A stretch of DNA of 63,496 nucleotides, counting the filler, from Acidimicrobiia bacterium (GTDB lineage Bacteria > Actinomycetota > Acidimicrobiia > Spongiisociales > SHLN01), in NCBI GenBank assembly GCA_041619515.1. It is 3 parts of 3 records of this genome, joined end to end, with 100 filler letters (N's around TTAATTAATTAA, not from the genome) between each part and the next. Parts side by side here need not be neighbours in the genome. Positions count along the whole stretch, not along the records: positions 44,516 to 63,496 come from JBFKDW010000058.1; 2 more parts are not named here. One strand, given 5' to 3'. This document shows positions 61,693 to 63,496 of this stretch, piece after piece (position 1 is the stretch's first letter; each line of letters starts with the position of its first letter). The notes below the pieces were generated by a model. The model did no database searches, was not told the origin of the DNA, and saw nothing but the letters and a program-made list of their open reading frames with translations. The translations under genes were made by a program, and so were the position numbers.

Positions 61693-62400
61693 TCAGCCTT
61701 CGACCGTGATCGTGGCCGTGCCCATCAGCACAGGGTGGAGTGTGCAGAACACGGTGAAGGTCCCCGGAGTATCGAAGGTGCGGGAATAAGACTGCCCCAG
61801 GTCGAGAAAGCCCGAGTCCCAGAGCCCATCAGGGTCGCCGGGGAACGATCCCCCTGTTCCGGAGGTGACGGTGTGGGCAATGTTGCCGTCGTTGGTCCAG
61901 CGCACCGTGTCGCCCACCGAGATCGACAGGGCCGCCGGGCTGAAGAAGCCGACACACGGGGTCGGCTGGTCGGCGCACCCGCTCGGGTCACCCAACGACA
62001 CGAAATGGGTTTTCGCGGCCACGGTTGTGCTCGTCGTGGTGGTAGTCGAGGTCGAAGTGGGTATCGACGTCGTCGGAGAGCTCGTCGTACCCGGGCTTGT
62101 CGTCGTCGGGGCATGCGAGGAGGTAGTTGCAGTGGAGGAGCTGGAGACGCTCGTCGTTGTCGGAGCATTGGTGGGTGGAGTCGTGGCCGAAACGACGGTG
62201 GTTGGATCGGCGAGTGAGGAGGAGCTGGTTGTCTGCGGTGCCGGCGGCGAGACCCCGGTCGTGCTCCTGGGAGTCGTGATGGCCGGGTCGATGGTGGAGG
62301 AAGCTGCGGTTGGCTCGCCGGAGGAGGCGCATGCGGCCGCCACCAGGCCCAGTGCCACTACCACGACGCCGGAGGTTTCCCGAAAGCCGAACTTGCTCAT
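61693..62400 (-). CDS. Cupredoxin (type 1 copper) lipoprotein with Ser/Thr-rich stalk
   Basis: Lipobox AAAC; GDTVRWTN...HTVT...FCTLHPVLM provides H, C, H, M ligands. Confidence 0.9.
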   Translation of the reverse strand: MSKFGFRETSGVVVVALGLVAAACASSGEPTAASSTIDPAITTPRSTTGVSPPAPQTTSSSSLADPTTVVSATTPPTNAPTTTSVSSSSTATTSSHAPTTTSPGTTSSPTTSIPTSTSTTTTTSTTVAAKTHFVSLGDPSGCADQPTPCVGFFSPAALSISVGDTVRWTNDGNIAHTVTSGTGGSFPGDPDGLWDSGFLDLGQSYSRTFDTPGTFTVFCTLHPVLMGTATITVEG

Positions 62401-62436
62401 TGGCCGATCCCGTTCTTTGAGCCCCGTTGGTCAGCT

Positions 62437-62506
62437 GTACGGAGGGGGAGATCAAACGGTTCACAATGGTTGACCAGACGGAACCATCCGAGCCGCCGGG
62501 CCGTAA
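62437..62506. promoter_or_regulatory. Back-to-back ECF-type promoters GAACC-N16-CGTA, one on each strand
   Basis: Minus: GAACC (62462-62458), N16, CGTAC (62441-62437). Plus: GAACC (62481-62485), N16, CGTAA (62502-62506). Confidence 0.7.
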
Positions 62507-62560
62507 CGCGAACCAGGACGCCGTGCCACACGAGCGCGGCTTGAGCGAGTGGGGAGTCTC

Positions 62561-63496
62561 ATGGTCATCGGGAGTGGAGTTCGCCGGGATGCGATGTCGC
62601 TGCTGTCAGTCTTGTTGTTGGTGGCGGCGTTGCTGACCGCCCTACCCGGCGCGGCGCGGGCCGCCGGCCCGGATCCGCTGGTGGGCTCGGTCGGACCCAC
62701 CGGCCTCTGGACCATTCCGGGCGTTGCGCCCTTCTACTTCGGAGTGGCGGATGACATCCCGTTCCTCGGCGACTTCAACGGTGACGGGGTCCGCACGCCG
62801 GGCCTGTATCGACCGGCCACCGGCCTGGCATATGTCCGCGACTCGCTCGACACCGGCATTGCGGACCGGTCCTGGTTCATGGGGGTACCCGGAGACCAAC
62901 CGATCGTCGGCGACTGGGATGGCGACGGGATCGATTCTTTCGGCGTGTACCGGAACGGCACCGTCTACCTCCGCAACGCCCAGACCACCGGAGTGGCCGA
63001 CGTGTCCTACAGCTTCGGCAACCCGGGCGACGTCGCCTTTGCCGGCGACTTCGATGGCGACGGAGCCGACACCGTCGGCTTGCACCGGCCTTCGACCGGC
63101 AAAGTGTTCCTCAGCAACTCACAGGTGACGAGCTTCGCCGATGCCGAATTCTTCTTCGGCAATCCAGAAGACCTGTTCGTCGGCGGGGATTGGGATGGCG
63201 ACGGCATCGACACCGTCGCCGTGGTCCGGCCTTCGTCGGACACGCTCTACTTCCGCAACACGAATGATCAGGGATTTGCGGACGGACAACTCGAGTTCGA
63301 CGGGAACGCCCGGCCGGTCGTGCCCCATCAGGTGCTTCCTTCAACCGTCACGCTCACCACTGCCTTGAGCGGGGCGGGTGAGGTGCCCGGTCCGGGTGAT
63401 GCGGATGGGACCGGGTCGTCCACGATCACTATTTCCGGGTTGACCCTGGCCTGGACGATCACGGTCGCCAACATCGACGCCCCCACCGCGGCTCAC
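62561..63496 (+). CDS. Secreted protein with GD(W/F)xGDG (FG-GAP/VCBS-like) repeats and a CHRD domain; runs off the window end
   Basis: Not in the ORF track because it has no stop. Manual translation: signal peptide, four GDFNGDG/GDWDGDG/GDFDGDG repeats, then LSGAGEVPGPGDADGTG...PTAAH. Confidence 0.85.
   Translation, partial: MVIGSGVRRDAMSLLSVLLLVAALLTALPGAARAAGPDPLVGSVGPTGLWTIPGVAPFYFGVADDIPFLGDFNGDGVRTPGLYRPATGLAYVRDSLDTGIADRSWFMGVPGDQPIVGDWDGDGIDSFGVYRNGTVYLRNAQTTGVADVSYSFGNPGDVAFAGDFDGDGADTVGLHRPSTGKVFLSNSQVTSFADAEFFFGNPEDLFVGGDWDGDGIDTVAVVRPSSDTLYFRNTNDQGFADGQLEFDGNARPVVPHQVLPSTVTLTTALSGAGEVPGPGDADGTGSSTITISGLTLAWTITVANIDAPTAAH

Overview
High-GC bacterial sequence whose gene content looks actinobacterial, most likely an Acidimicrobiia-type MAG (inference from DUF3052, a Cpa-like CDC48 ATPase, a Rv2191-like DEDD/GIY-YIG nuclease with an actinobacterial LexA box, F420 genes and the extended S16). 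It consists of three contigs joined by artificial 100-bp N linkers (22184-22283, 44416-44515), so adjacency across the gaps means nothing. Contig 1 holds cyclophilin, DUF2254, a CDC48-like ATPase, an SOS-controlled nuclease, TrmH, a two-component system, a GH-like lipoprotein, PAP2, a TPM protein, OSBS/NSAR, an osmoprotectant ABC transporter, metK and an Ig-repeat surface protein. Contig 2 holds partial ftsY, cdd, etfBA, a nucleoside salvage cluster with two head-to-head pyrimidine nucleoside phosphorylases, an ECF sigma pair, a repeat-rich intergenic region, and ffh-rpsP-khpA-rimM-[F420 block]-trmD-rplS. Contig 3 holds a truncated biotin carboxylase, GNAT, an M13 peptidase, acnA, a kinase-like protein, a Rieske/FAD oxidoreductase, ppk2, a Wzx flippase, hutHUI and a SigK/RskA-like module with a cupredoxin and a CHRD protein. 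I saw no rRNA, tRNA, CRISPR array, transposase or prophage. The most unusual items are: (1) an intact cofG followed by a cofH whose ~250-aa N-terminus looks like a decayed, cluster-less second CofG domain; (2) a 50/49-bp alternating hairpin array directly upstream of ffh, plus a dispersed GNA-triloop REP-like family; (3) a divergent, sequence-distinct second pdp inserted into the deo cluster.
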